A stretch of 64,000 nucleotides of DNA from Paecilomyces variotii. Taxonomy: Eukaryota. Position numbers and translations under genes: made by a program. The notes beneath the pieces were generated by a model. It searched no databases and was not told where the DNA came from. It worked only from the letters and a program-made list of their open reading frames with translations. Where the stretch lies: assembly GCA_004022145.1 (NCBI GenBank), contig RCNU01000009.1. One strand, written 5' to 3'. Numbering within the stretch: the first letter of the stretch is position 1; each line of letters opens with the position of its first letter. Positions 1 to 11,485 of this stretch are shown here, piece by piece.

Positions 1-1162
1 TAGCCTGTGTTAGCTTGGCGACACTGTCTTTTACAATGTTGGAATTCGATTGTCGCCTGGCTGTCCTCCCTCCAGAAGGAAGAGCAGTACGCGAAACTCC
101 GGTTTCCTGCACAGCCGCGGTGCGAATCCAGCGCTCGGGAGCAGCATATTGATATGCTTCGACGTCATTTACTTTGCCTGGCGGTAATAGCGTATCCAGG
201 GCCTCAAAATGTCCCAAGAATACGTTATGAGTTGAGTCAATGAAAATATTAGACGGTCGAATAGCGCCGTGGGAATGGCCTTGTGCGTGAAGCCATGCCA
301 GGCCGTTCGCCAAGCAGTGCGGCCAATTGATCAGTATCTGTCTCCGTTGCGGTTTGGGAAGGCGTTTGAAGCTCTGAGGCACATCGGTCAGGAAGGCCCC
401 GAGTGTGCGCTCATGGGGTCTCGAGAAGAGAACGGAGATGCTGTCGTCCACGAAATAGGAGCCATACACGGAGAAGACATGCTCATGGGCGAGCCTTCGC
501 AGGGAGTGGATTTCGTCCAGCACCTCGCTTTCGTCAAGGAAATGAGGAGCTTCCCCGACTTTGACTTGAGTCCGCAAGAACACTCGACATACCGCTCCCG
601 ACAGGACGACCTTCTCGACTCCGTCCTTGTTCGTACTCGTCAGCCCGGTCCGTAGCAATTCCACCGGAACGCCTTCGTTTTCCGTATACTTGACGTGCTC
701 GCCTTCGTGAATTCCGCGCACCAAGAACCTCCACTGCGCATGGAAGAATTTGGTATCTAGTGCAGGCGATTCTCCTTCCGGCGAGAGCTTGAGGAGGTCG
801 ACGCTATGCGCCGCAATGGGGAGATCGGAGTCGTCGTAGGACTGGTCGACGAGCGCAAAGATGCGATCTGGGATTCCGATGTCGAGAAGGATGAGGAAGA
901 GCTTGCCGGCCTTTGTCAGAATCCAATCGAGATAGGTCTCACTCGTCAGGCCCTCTCCCCACGGTGGCAGGGAGAAGAGCCGGTCCTGACTTTCGGGTCT
1001 GAGACTGGAGGCAACATATTCCGCCGTCAGCGTTGCCTTCACCCTCTCATCCGGCCACCACAATGATGTTGGCTCTGCCATCTCGGACGGTTCATCTCGA
1101 CGGGCAGACGACACGCTGGAACCGGGGAGGCTCGCGGTTTCATTATATGGACGTGGCGTCAT
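1..1162 (-). CDS. Protein kinase-like (probable pseudokinase), 3' end runs off window start
   Basis: Stop-free minus frame from ATG 1162 to base 2, absent from the ORF track because it has no stop in the window: MTPRPYNET...LRRLAHEHVFSVYGSY...WPHCLANGLAWLHAQGHSHGAIRPSNIFID...VFLGHFEALD...YQYAAPERW. Kinase subdomain spacing is present but HRD and DFG are replaced. Confidence 0.85.
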   Translation of the reverse strand, partial: MTPRPYNETASLPGSSVSSARRDEPSEMAEPTSLWWPDERVKATLTAEYVASSLRPESQDRLFSLPPWGEGLTSETYLDWILTKAGKLFLILLDIGIPDRIFALVDQSYDDSDLPIAAHSVDLLKLSPEGESPALDTKFFHAQWRFLVRGIHEGEHVKYTENEGVPVELLRTGLTSTNKDGVEKVVLSGAVCRVFLRTQVKVGEAPHFLDESEVLDEIHSLRRLAHEHVFSVYGSYFVDDSISVLFSRPHERTLGAFLTDVPQSFKRLPKPQRRQILINWPHCLANGLAWLHAQGHSHGAIRPSNIFIDSTHNVFLGHFEALDTLLPPGKVNDVEAYQYAAPERWIRTAAVQETGVSRTALPSGGRTARRQSNSNIVKDSVAKLTQA

Positions 1163-3617
1163 CTGCACAGCGGCAATTTTGGATTGTGGCTGTTAGCAGT
1201 CGCAGATATCTCGTCCATGGTCGACCATTGCGCGAAGAGGCAGCAGACAGGGCTAGCAGGGCTCCTTATCAGGAGAGTCGCACAAGGGTCCAATTCCCCG
1301 GGACGCAGGTCAATAGTGGCCGATTGAAGCTGATGGGCCCTTTCTTGGGGAGAAGGTTTCCTTAGGTTCGCTGGCGGTAATAATAATAATAATAACTAGG
1401 TACCTAACCTAACTTGATTATTATTATTAGGGTACTGAGGCAGTTTTCCCAGACCCATTCTAGTCTTCATAGGTAAGTATGGTAAGTATTTCATCCCACG
1501 AGTTGCCCCACCACGCCGATCTCCAGAACGGCATCAAACCATACGATAAACCTGGGTAGCCGATTGGCAGACGATCTAGTCGAGTTGTTAGTCGAAGGCT
1601 ACGTACGATCTAGTGACTCTGTCGGAAAGTCAAGTCGCTTGCCGGAAAGGCAATAATCAATCAATCAATCAATCGCTGGGTCTAACTGAAAGCTGAAAGC
1701 AGCCCTGCCGTCAATGCTGAAATCAATAATAACTGCTCTTTGACGTTCCCCCCCAGGCCAAGCCGGCAGTTTCTATCGATCTAAAGACGTGATCGTCTCG
1801 CCGATCAAGTTCCTTTCTGTTGACAGCGGGGTGGTCACGTCTGGTGACCCTGTCAGATCCAACGCGGTTGTTGATATCTGACTACCTAAGGTAGATGAAG
1901 GACTACTCCGTACATAGCCCCTGATAGCCGATACTTTGGGAATGACGGTAATAATAATAATAACTGCTATCTACTACTAACTAAGTAGAATAGTCCATCG
2001 TATCAGAAAAGACCCAGGGGGATCTGGCAAAGTCCGGGCCTTCAGCTGCCATGGGTGCATGATTATGCGGCTCTTTATCCACCAACCTGGGATGTTTCCT
2101 ACCGGAGAGTCAGGTATCCCAGCCGAGAATCGCCTCGTGCCTCTCAGCCATGTGAAGTAAAGTATCTACCAGAAGGAAGTAATAATAATAATCCATCAAA
2201 TAACTGACTCTAATATGAGAGATTACCATATCGGGGGTGGGCCCGGGTGGATCCGCCCGACGACCAGGGGGCGTCTGGATAGCCAATCAGCAGTCGTTCT
2301 TCTATCAGACGCATGTCGCACCGTTTAGTCAAGCTGATAAGAACTTCCCAAGATACGCGAAGCAGCACAGAAAAGAGAAGAAGAACAGCTCGAGAACCCA
2401 CGGATGCTGCTACGCCCGACTCCATGGATCATAATGATAATAATGGAACTATAACGCCGCAAGTCTCATGGAACAATCTATCTTGGGTCCGCCCAACGGA
2501 GATCCCCATGGCGGTTGAAAGCGGCCATCTCCCAGCAAGTGCCAGCCAGGCGAAGAAGGTTCTGCTAACGAGTAGTCAACGTCACAACGATCGTTGGCCA
2601 ACGACGGCAGAAACAGAGCCGATAAGACCACTCTCCTGTACTTACAAGAGACTGCAGGTCAATAATCGTCAATCGATAATACGAGCTTCCATGAAGATCA
2701 GGGGACGCAATGGCCAGCAAATGCGCGAGCCTGCCGATCGCCAGTCATCCCCGATTTGGCGAACCATCAGAGACGAGCCCTGTTCCGATGCTAGATAGAT
2801 AGAGATTATTCTCTTCTGAATCTGGAATGGACCCTGCCTTATGGCGCAAAAGGGCTAAGTTAGTCGTGAAATCGGAACAGAGGCTGAAAGACCGCTGAAA
2901 AGCTAGGATGCGTCGACCCACCCCGTGTGAAGACAATGAATTCGATCTCAGGAACGACACCAGCTGTCAATCTGATTTCCTGAGGACATCCAAGCTGCAC
3001 TGGTACCTGGATGAAGGGTCTGTGCTCGATCCTCTTCAACGAAATAGAGCACCTCCATAACTCTAGATATGGTAGGTCGCGTCTGAGCGTTGGAATAATA
3101 TTGAATATATTCCCAATCATCCGAACAGTATCAGCGCGAGCTGGCCACGGGACACGGCCAACTGCAACTATCTCCCTACTACTTGCATGAATTATGCGAG
3201 CTCGTGGAGCCCGGTACCTGAAAAGAACAGCCTGTGCTCATCACAACCACGTTGTCCAGGGGTCCGCGGCAATAGAATACACATCTGCCGCTAACTTCGC
3301 TTCCCTGGCCTATCTATCTATCTCCCGTCTTATCACTTGACCCATGACTCGCGTCGCTTGACTGCAAGGCTAACAGACGTAAACTGAAATAGGAATCTCG
3401 GTCCTGCTATGTCGAGGCACTCGCTACTGAGGAGTCTAGAACGCGGTAGATCTGGATCTTTAACTCGCCCACGCGGGAGCGTTGAAAGAGGCGACCGCCG
3501 GTATTATTATGATTGATTCACAGATCTTATGTTGTAAGAGTCGCCAATATTGCAGCAATGGAGCCTAAGCGAGGACTGCGGGCGAGCAATGATGAAACTA
3601 TGGTATACTGCTAAACA

Positions 3618-5604
3618 TCACCAAGTCCACCACCAAGTCTGGACAATCTCTATCCCCTCCGTCTTGGCCTGGACAGTGGGCACAGTTCCAGACTTTGCCA
3701 TTTGGCGATTGCTCCACATATACCAGAACATCTGCCCGATCACTGTTGCGAGACACACCGCTGCAAGACAGAGCATGGCTGTAAATGCGTGCAAATAAAG
3801 AGGAGCATCCTGCGTGCGGAAGACCTGGTTTCCAGCAATACCGGCAGCATTTGCAGCCATAATGATGAGGCTACAAAGAAGTATAAAGTTAGTCCTGAAC
3901 CAGCACTTGCATATAAATAATTGGGAAAATCTCAGCGTGACAACTTACGCCATAGCAACACTGCGCTGCTGAGGACTTCTGCAATTGACAGAGAGCCAGC
4001 CGACATTGATGATACTGGTGATGCATGGTAAGTAATTGTACATAATTCGCTCTACGCACTATCACGCGAGTATCAAGCCGGGTAAACTCACTGAACCATT
4101 GAGTTGGTCGCAGTCGCGAAAACAATCGCGGCATATCGATTCCATTTAGGGTAATGGACAGACTCCCTGAGGCAGGCATACGAGATCAGACACCAGACGG
4201 ATCCGATGAGAGCGGATGGTCCACGTCGTCGTATGCGATCGCTGCATCCAGATGTCAGTTTATCAAACATATGGGTTGGTGCTGGAAGCTTGGTACTCAC
4301 GCCAGGAAGCCTAATATCACAGCCATAGCAGCTGCTATAAAGTTTCCCACGGAGAATAGGGCATTGGCTTTGACGGAACTGAAACCAAGACTCTTGATAA
4401 TGGAAGGCGCATACGTCTGCTCTGCTTGAACCGAGATCGTGGACGACAAAGTGATGAGAACGTGAACCAAGATCCGCGGGTTGCGCACAGTGTGCCAGAC
4501 ATCCCGTCCCGATATGGAGAGTTCAGAGGTTGTCTTGCTCGGGTCATCAAGCAACACGCGTCGGACGAGGATGTACTGTTCGCGGGGAGTGAAATAGCTC
4601 CATCGCCCCAATCCGATCAGGGGTTTCGGATATCCCACGCGGGGAGGGAGCAGAAGAATGAAGATGATTCCAATACCAATGGTTATTATTCCCTCGACTG
4701 TGAAGGCAAGTTAGCAGGAATTCATTTCTGGTTGGCAGGAAGAGATCCGGGTGGCAGCAGTACTGATGAAAAGCCATCTCCAGCCAGCTACTCCGTCACG
4801 GCCAGCCATGGTGAGGATACCAGCACCGATAAGCGATACAGTAGCTGAAGCCAGGAGATTTCCAAGAAAGAACAGTGATATGCGCAAGCTTGTCTCGGAC
4901 TTCTTGTACCACGTCGACATGGTATACAGAGCACCTTCAATTCTCATTCTTAGTGCTGACATGGACCTGGATCGCGGAGATGACTACCCACCAGGAATAA
5001 AGCCCGCTTCAAACAGCCCCAGAAGGATCCGAGTGACCAAGAAACCAGCATAATTGGTAGCGAAAGCCTGGAACGTAGCGACCAACCCCCAGCTGATGAT
5101 CTGGAAAGATAACCATCGTTGCGGTCCGACCTAAATCTCGAGCCATCATCAGTCGATCTCCCCTTATCCAAGGGCTCAACGAATGACGGGGGACCTTTTG
5201 CAAGAGAATATTCGACGGGATTTCAAGAACGACAATCCCCGCAGACAACAAACTATTGCCGACGTTAATTTGATTTGTTGTCACCTTGAGGTCTTCCGTA
5301 ATCGTATCAGTCAAGGCGTTGGCGATATTACCGCGATCGCATTGAAGGGCGAAAAATGCCAGCCCCAGGATAGGGAGCAGAATGAAGTCAATCCTATATA
5401 TATGTACACAAGAACTCGCTGTTAGCTAGACATGCACGTATGCGAAACGAATCTGGGATCAATCCAGGACACCGACTTCTGCTTTACTCGACGCTCTTCT
5501 TTCTCGTCCCAATCTGGTTGTGTAGATTCGGCGATGTTTACAGCGACTACGTCGTCATTTCCACCGCCAGCTTCCTTACTGGCATATGTCCCCTCTGCAA
5601 CCAT
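3618..5604 (-). CDS. MFS transporter, Dal5/allantoate permease (anion:cation symporter) family, 7 exons
   Basis: Spliced: MVAEGTY...KIDFILLPILGLAFFALQCDRGNIANA...LEIPSNILLQKVGPQRW...RILLGLFEAGFIPGALYTMSTWYKK...GWRWLFIIEGIIT...IAGNQVFRTQDAPLY...WWWTW*. All six introns are GT-AG and keep the frame. Confidence 0.92.
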
Positions 5605-6396
5605 AACGGACGTAAAGTATATCTCAGGAGCGAAAGGTCACCTGTATCCGGGTATTTATACCATAAACACAAGACGACAACAACATCGGTAGTTGTTAGA
5701 AGATACTAACTAATAACAAAGGAGCAACAGCCCCAGATTTCAATCCACTAGTTATATCATATTATTCTACATACTAGGTAGCACAGACCCACGGGGTTCT
5801 GGGTCTGATCTGTTCTATTTATTAATGATAGAGAGACTGTTTCCCCCGTATCCAACTTCTCGAACCGGCTGCCACGCGGCCAGTGGATCAGAGACGTCTC
5901 AGCTTTTCCTGTTAACTAGTTGGCGGTAAGTATATCGCGATGTACCATGTCGATGGCGTGATGGGTAAGTATGTATAGGTTACTTAGGTTAGGTTCCCCA
6001 CATATCAACTTGTGCGGCGGGTGCTTCTTTCTCTCCGTCGTATGCATTCGCTCCGCTCCTTGCGTTGAGTTAAGTATGTGCGGCCAATGAAATCCTAGTT
6101 TTAGCAATGACGTTTGAATAAGTAGGTAGGTATTTTGGATAAGATCTACGTTAGAGATAGTTGAGCCCGGGGATGGTTATAGATAGGATGTTAGAGCCGA
6201 TCCGGAGTGGAGTATATCAATCAATCACGCAGAAGTTGAATATACGAAGTTCCAAGGCTTCGAGAGGAGAGTACATTTAAATCTGTACTACGAATCAATT
6301 AAATAATGATGATAATAATAATAATGTTGGTATACGACGGATACTTCACTTCAGCAAGGATTTTATTCGTCGTGTCTTGTCTAAGCTAGCTCATTA

Positions 6397-6743
6397 CAGT
6401 AAAACCTCCATATAACGAACCCGCGTATAACGAATACCTCCACATAACGAATCTGACACCGTGTCAAAATTGAAATCCTATACAAAATTTGTTATCCCTC
6501 CCTACTATAAAATTCGTTAATTTTTTTCGGGCCTTTCCCATACAATTCGTTATACAAAGGTACAGATTTACCTTATTTGTCAGTGATTACCTTAGCTAAA
6601 ATTCCCTGTTAGGGCAATTTCTTCGAAAATTTCACTACCCATACCTATATTACTAATACGGACCCACTTTTCATACAACGAATCCTCTATATAACGAACT
6701 TGACTAGGCGGATAAATTGATTCGTTATATCCAGGTTTTACTG
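6397..6743. mobile_element. Non-autonomous DNA transposon (MITE), Tc1/mariner-pogo superfamily
   Basis: 23 bp TIRs: CAGTAAAACCTCCATATAACGAA (6397-6419) and the reverse complement of 6721-6743, CAGTAAAACCTGGATATAACGAA (21/23 identical). TA on both sides (6395-6396, 6744-6745); 347 bp; no ORF; internal ATAACGAA repeats. Confidence 0.9.
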
Positions 6744-7230
6744 TAGTTACCCCCACAATCTCTATCTGCAAATCAGCATAAGTAGTTTAGTACTTTGTCT
6801 ATCACTGCCTTCGCTTTTATTAGCCATTATGCTATAGATAAAAAATAAGGGTTATTTACAAAGAATCAGGGAATTAATAATATTGTACCATGCCTCCTGG
6901 GCAAAAATAATGGTATTTTAAATTTATACGGTCACATGATATTCCTATTATTATAGGTTAGTCTATATTTCTAAGTTAATGCTATCCAGATACTACCTGG
7001 TACATCCCACTGTAGCTCCCAGTAGTTAGCTTAAGTACTTAAAGCTTCTTCTCCTTTCATGGTCCTTAGTTCTAACACTCTTCTACCCCTCACTATAAAT
7101 CTGTGATCTTCCTGTGTTCCTTTTATTTTACTTTTATATCTGCCCCACTTTACTCTCTGTGTTATCTATCGTTTCTACTGCCCCCTCTTAACTTTCCTTT
7201 TCTCTTTCACTCACGACCCACTAGATCACC

Positions 7231-8186
7231 ATGACAGTGAAACAAGAACACGAGCTTCGCAGTCAGAACGAGCCTCCTAGGAGTGCTCCCACAGCCCAAC
7301 AGCTGTTTTATCGCGTTAAGGAAGAGATTCTAGCTACGGCCGGTTCTGGATATCTCGAATATCACATTTCTAATCCTGGTATCGGCTGGCAAGTAGCCAG
7401 AAGTCTTGATTGCGACGGACAAGTTGAACGACGTTCAGTGCGACTCTCCTACGACTCAGTTGCGTATATCCTTTCCGTCAGGATGCCTACTGAATTCCAT
7501 AATGCTCATCTAGCTTGGGCTCATCGCGAGTTCGCACTAAGTGTCTCTGGTGGCTTCTTTACCTTACAGGAGTATGATACATTTATTTGCACTTCTGATA
7601 CTAGTAAGTTTTCTAGGTAGAATCTCATATATATATATATATGACGTATTAATCATATTAATAGGCTTCGATAGTTTCTTGCCACCTTATCAGAACTCGT
7701 TTAAACAGCCAGATGGCTACTTTAAACCAGCGGGCGCGCCTTGTCCGACTGTCGTTTTCGAAACGGGGTACTCTGAGTCCTATCCACAGCTGGTCGCAGA
7801 TCGAAATCTCTGGATAAACGGCACCACCGGGGTTAACGTTGTTATCCTATTGAAATGGTCCCTAGTTAGGAATAGGACCGCCGTTAAAGGGTATATTGAA
7901 GGTTGGCATAGGAATATGCCAACCTGCCAGAGATTTGTAAGTACTAATCACTCTAGAAATCTACCTATTTACAGACTTATAGATCTAATATAATTATTAG
8001 GATATTTTCCCAGCCCCTCCGCCAGGAACCCCGGCACAGACAATTACCCTTTATAGAAGGGACTTCTATCTTCCGGGTGCGGTGCCTTTCGGGAGAAATC
8101 CTAATGATGTGTGGCGATGGCCTATAGATTCCCTCCGCCTCAAGGCGGCTCAGACAATCAGGGACTCCGGATACGTTCCTGCATAG
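7231..8186 (+). CDS. Fungal Uma2-like / PD-(D/E)xK restriction-endonuclease-fold protein, 3 exons
   Basis: Introns 7604-7664 and 7937-8000 join the ORFs in frame: MTVKQEHE...VRMPTEFHNAH...SFKQPDGYFKPAGAPCPTVVFETGYSESYPQLVADRNLWING...DIFPAPPP...DSGYVPA*. The MP..H, KQPD, E.G.SES and L..D...W pattern is typical of this family. Confidence 0.8.
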
Positions 8187-8299
8187 ACGTTCCCATGTTG
8201 GCCTCTGGGAATGTTAGCTGGGAAATGGATCCAAGATTCGAGGCGTCTTATATCACGTTCTTCTGAACTGCTGCGAAACTCATAATCCCCACGACTTCA

Positions 8300-8470
8300 T
8301 TGAAGAAATGAACTACAATTACCGTTGAAGAAACGGGTCATAGTCCCCCTGAATAATGGGCCAGAGCCCATTGAAGAAATGGTCATAATTCCATTGAAAA
8401 GTGGATCTCAATTGCCGCTGAACAAGTGCTATTGTGCACTGAACAAGTGCTACCTGGTACTGAAGAAGTG
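8300..8470. repeat. Degenerate tandem array, 8 copies of a ~11 nt core (YTGAAGAARTG-like) with a 21-25 bp period
   Basis: Core starts at 8300, 8325, 8349, 8371, 8394, 8418, 8439 and 8460, with variable 10-14 nt intervening sequence. Confidence 0.75.
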
Positions 8471-9558
8471 CCCCCCCCTCCAGCGATAAGCTCGCACCTC
8501 AACGTGGTGCTGGAGTCTAGTAGCCATGCCGGCGAAGCTAAGACGAGCTTACTTAATTTATCTCTAGCCTCAAAAGTTGAAGGTTCAGCTAAAGTATTAG
8601 CACTAGAAGAAGAAGAAGAAGAAGAAGAAAAACTAACTAATATAACAGTTCGGCAGCATATCTAGTAGATTAACTGTCGAATGCTAATAGCATAGAAGTG
8701 ATAGTATAATTTAAATTCCCGGCTAATAGTTAGCTAGGTTACTTGCTTACTTAAATTAGATCTAGGGGGATATTAACTTAATCCTTTACTGACTTTTGTA
8801 ATACAAAGAACTTATATCTAAAGCACCTAGGCAGTTATATCGTATAACTATTTGTAAGTTAACTGGAAGCTTAGGTGATACTTCAAATTCGCTAGTTTCT
8901 CGACCAGTAAGAAGGAGCCTGCGGGAGATGACGTCTACGATAAAAAGTTGCCCTCCCACTCGGATTTAAGATACAGAACACTCAACAGTCAACCAGTTAT
9001 TATGGGATTCAGATAGATAGAATAATAGTCAGATATTTGCCTAGTGACATAGCCAGTGAATCCAAAAGAAAGATCAAAGCACCAGCTAAATCTGTCGGAA
9101 TATTTTGGGCGGCACTCTCGGCGAGAATAGCGAACGATTAGTTGACTAGGTCGGGAATGATTACAAATTTCCGGAGATATTATTGTAAGCCAAAGAAACA
9201 CATCGATCTTCTTTCTTCTCTTTCCACTCGGAGGCAAATTCGAGGTTAACTTATATATATTACCGGACCTTCTGTTATAAAAGGCTGGTAACTAGCATCC
9301 TTGGCTTTGAATTTCGTCATACATACTGAATCTGTCTATATTCTGGTTTCATCTTCAATATTAGGATTCTCTACTACAACTGTGGCTACCTTTCGGACGC
9401 TGTTTAGATCGACGCTACGCTCTGGAATAGAGCTCGCCGGTACTCCTCGCATCTCCCCGCATCCGAAGTTATCTCTTTATTCCCGCCGATATACGGACAG
9501 TGCTCTTGGCTCCGTGAGAGCTACACCTGGTCTTCTTCACCACACAAACACACGCAAC

Positions 9559-10440
9559 ATGGCTACGGCAACGTCAACGACCAATTCCACGACGCTGGCC
9601 GGCTCCGCGTCTGATCCGAACTACGTCCCCCGCGGCCCCGTCGAGACGGAACTGACCTTCTTCGTCCCTCCCGCTGATGGCTCGGTGCCATTTAACTATG
9701 TCGAACAGCCGCCTGAGGGCGAGCCCGAGCGCAACTACGGCGAAGGGTTACAGAAGGTCCATTTGACCGACGTCCGCGGCCACGAGAGCGAATATAACCT
9801 CGACAAGGACGCCTTCCAAGTCCTCCAGAACGTCCCGACGGCGACTACATACGAGACCTTCAACTCCGATGAAGAGGTCCAAAAGGTCTATTATCCCGAG
9901 GTGGAGAAGTTGCTCCTGGACAACGTCCCTGGCGCACACAGCGTCATTCTCTTCGATCACACCATCCGGCGACAAGATCCCAATGCACCGCGACAGCCGG
10001 TGAATCGCGCGCACGTTGACCAGACCGTCAAAGCAGCAGAGGATCGTGTGCGGTTGCATGTCCAGGACCCCAAGAAGGCAGAGGAGTTGCTCAAGGGCCG
10101 CTATCGGATCATCAACGTCTGGCGGCCGTTGAACGGTGTCGTGCAGGGCTCTCCGCTAGCATTCGCATCTGCAGATTCGGTGGATCCGAACGATCTGGTC
10201 CCGATCCAGCATCGATACCCTCATCGCACGGGAGAGATCATGGGCGTCAAGTACAACCCGAACCAGAAATGGATGTATCTGTCCGGGATGGATAACCACG
10301 AGCGGTTGTTCTTGAAGTGTTCCGATACCCAGGAAGGAGTCGCGCAAAGAGTGCCGCATACTGCTTTCACGGACCAGCGAACGCCGGTTGGCGCGAAGCC
10401 TAGGGAGAGTATCGAAGTGAGAGCTTTGGTGTTTGGTTGA
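9559..10440 (+). CDS. CmcJ/AsaB/NvfI-like oxidoreductase (often annotated as methyltransferase)
   Basis: Intronless, likely ATG at 9559 (MATATSTT). Motifs YYPEVEKLL, FDHTIRR, AHVDQT, RYRIINVWRPL, PHTAF and RESIEVRALVF. Confidence 0.88.
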   Translation: MATATSTTNSTTLAGSASDPNYVPRGPVETELTFFVPPADGSVPFNYVEQPPEGEPERNYGEGLQKVHLTDVRGHESEYNLDKDAFQVLQNVPTATTYETFNSDEEVQKVYYPEVEKLLLDNVPGAHSVILFDHTIRRQDPNAPRQPVNRAHVDQTVKAAEDRVRLHVQDPKKAEELLKGRYRIINVWRPLNGVVQGSPLAFASADSVDPNDLVPIQHRYPHRTGEIMGVKYNPNQKWMYLSGMDNHERLFLKCSDTQEGVAQRVPHTAFTDQRTPVGAKPRESIEVRALVFG

Positions 10441-11485
10441 TTTTGGGTTGTTGAAATGGAGCTGTTCATGCGGAAACCTGTTGCTGTTGAGATGTGTGTT
10501 AATTTAAATTGATACATGGATGATGAATTCACGACACTCCCTTTTCGAATCAGCTCCTTCGTAGAGCTTCGTTATGAATATAATTGAATGCAATCATCCC
10601 CAACGCAAGATTGATGACCAAACTTATGGTCTTCAGCATTCCGGTCGATCCTCTCCAAGTTGTCTCAATGCATAGAGCCCGAGATGATCCAACTGAATCT
10701 ATATGGCAGCAGGCTTTGCACTGATCTGTGCATTATTATTCGTATCCCGGGAGAGAATCCCGAACGATGAGCTAAATCACGTAAATGCCTGGCGGGGTCT
10801 AGTCTAGAACTTGGATCCGGAGGAGCAGTGAATTCCAAGGAGCAACAACCATTGAAGTACCAATGAAGTCCAGCTGGTTTCAAATGGCCAACAACACCGT
10901 TTCTTGCTAGTTACAATCGTTAAGCCAAAGATCAAATCTGCAAAAGATGATTGGAAGGAAGTAACAGCCGTTTGGATGGAGAATGTATAATATCACGTGA
11001 TACTAACCGCTGCTTCAAGTTCTTGGTTCCATTCATACTGACGTACCGATCACGACCAAGAAAGCCTCGCCAAGGACAACGCTTCCCCAAGCATGGTCAC
11101 AGACAGTCAATTGACTTCGCCGTGTTTGTAAACAGGCCCGGGAGAACAGCCCAAGTGGCGTACTGATGAAGGAATGCTGACGTGAGGAATATGGTATCTG
11201 GCAATTGACATCCATAGCATGTGTCGAGTTTATCGAGATCTTCAAGCCCAGCAGTCAGTGGGCGATGGGGTAACCAATGGGATGGACCCTGTTTCCAACA
11301 TCCTCATCATGATGTAGCTGGACATGGTTTTACTTACGCGGTGACAGTCAATTTGGGTATAAAGGAGGGGTTAAGAGGAGAGATACGGGACCGGACATTG
11401 CTGAGAAAAAGAAAACCGAATTCATTTAAGTTGTCAAAGACTCCCTACCGGTTTACCTTCATAATAATCCATCTATAATATCCTC

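Noticed and set aside
2313..2798. 161 aa ORF and neighbouring short ORFs at 2.2-3.1 kb
   Set aside because: No recognisable motif or convincing splice structure; cannot be supported as a gene.
8300..8470. CRISPR array interpretation of the core/spacer repeats
   Set aside because: The cores are only ~11 nt and degenerate, the spacers are 10-14 nt and partly related to each other, the context is eukaryotic, and there are no cas genes.
9301..9558. TTG-initiated N-terminal extension of the CmcJ-like ORF
   Set aside because: Non-ATG start in a eukaryote; the ATG at 9559 has good context and precedes the domain.
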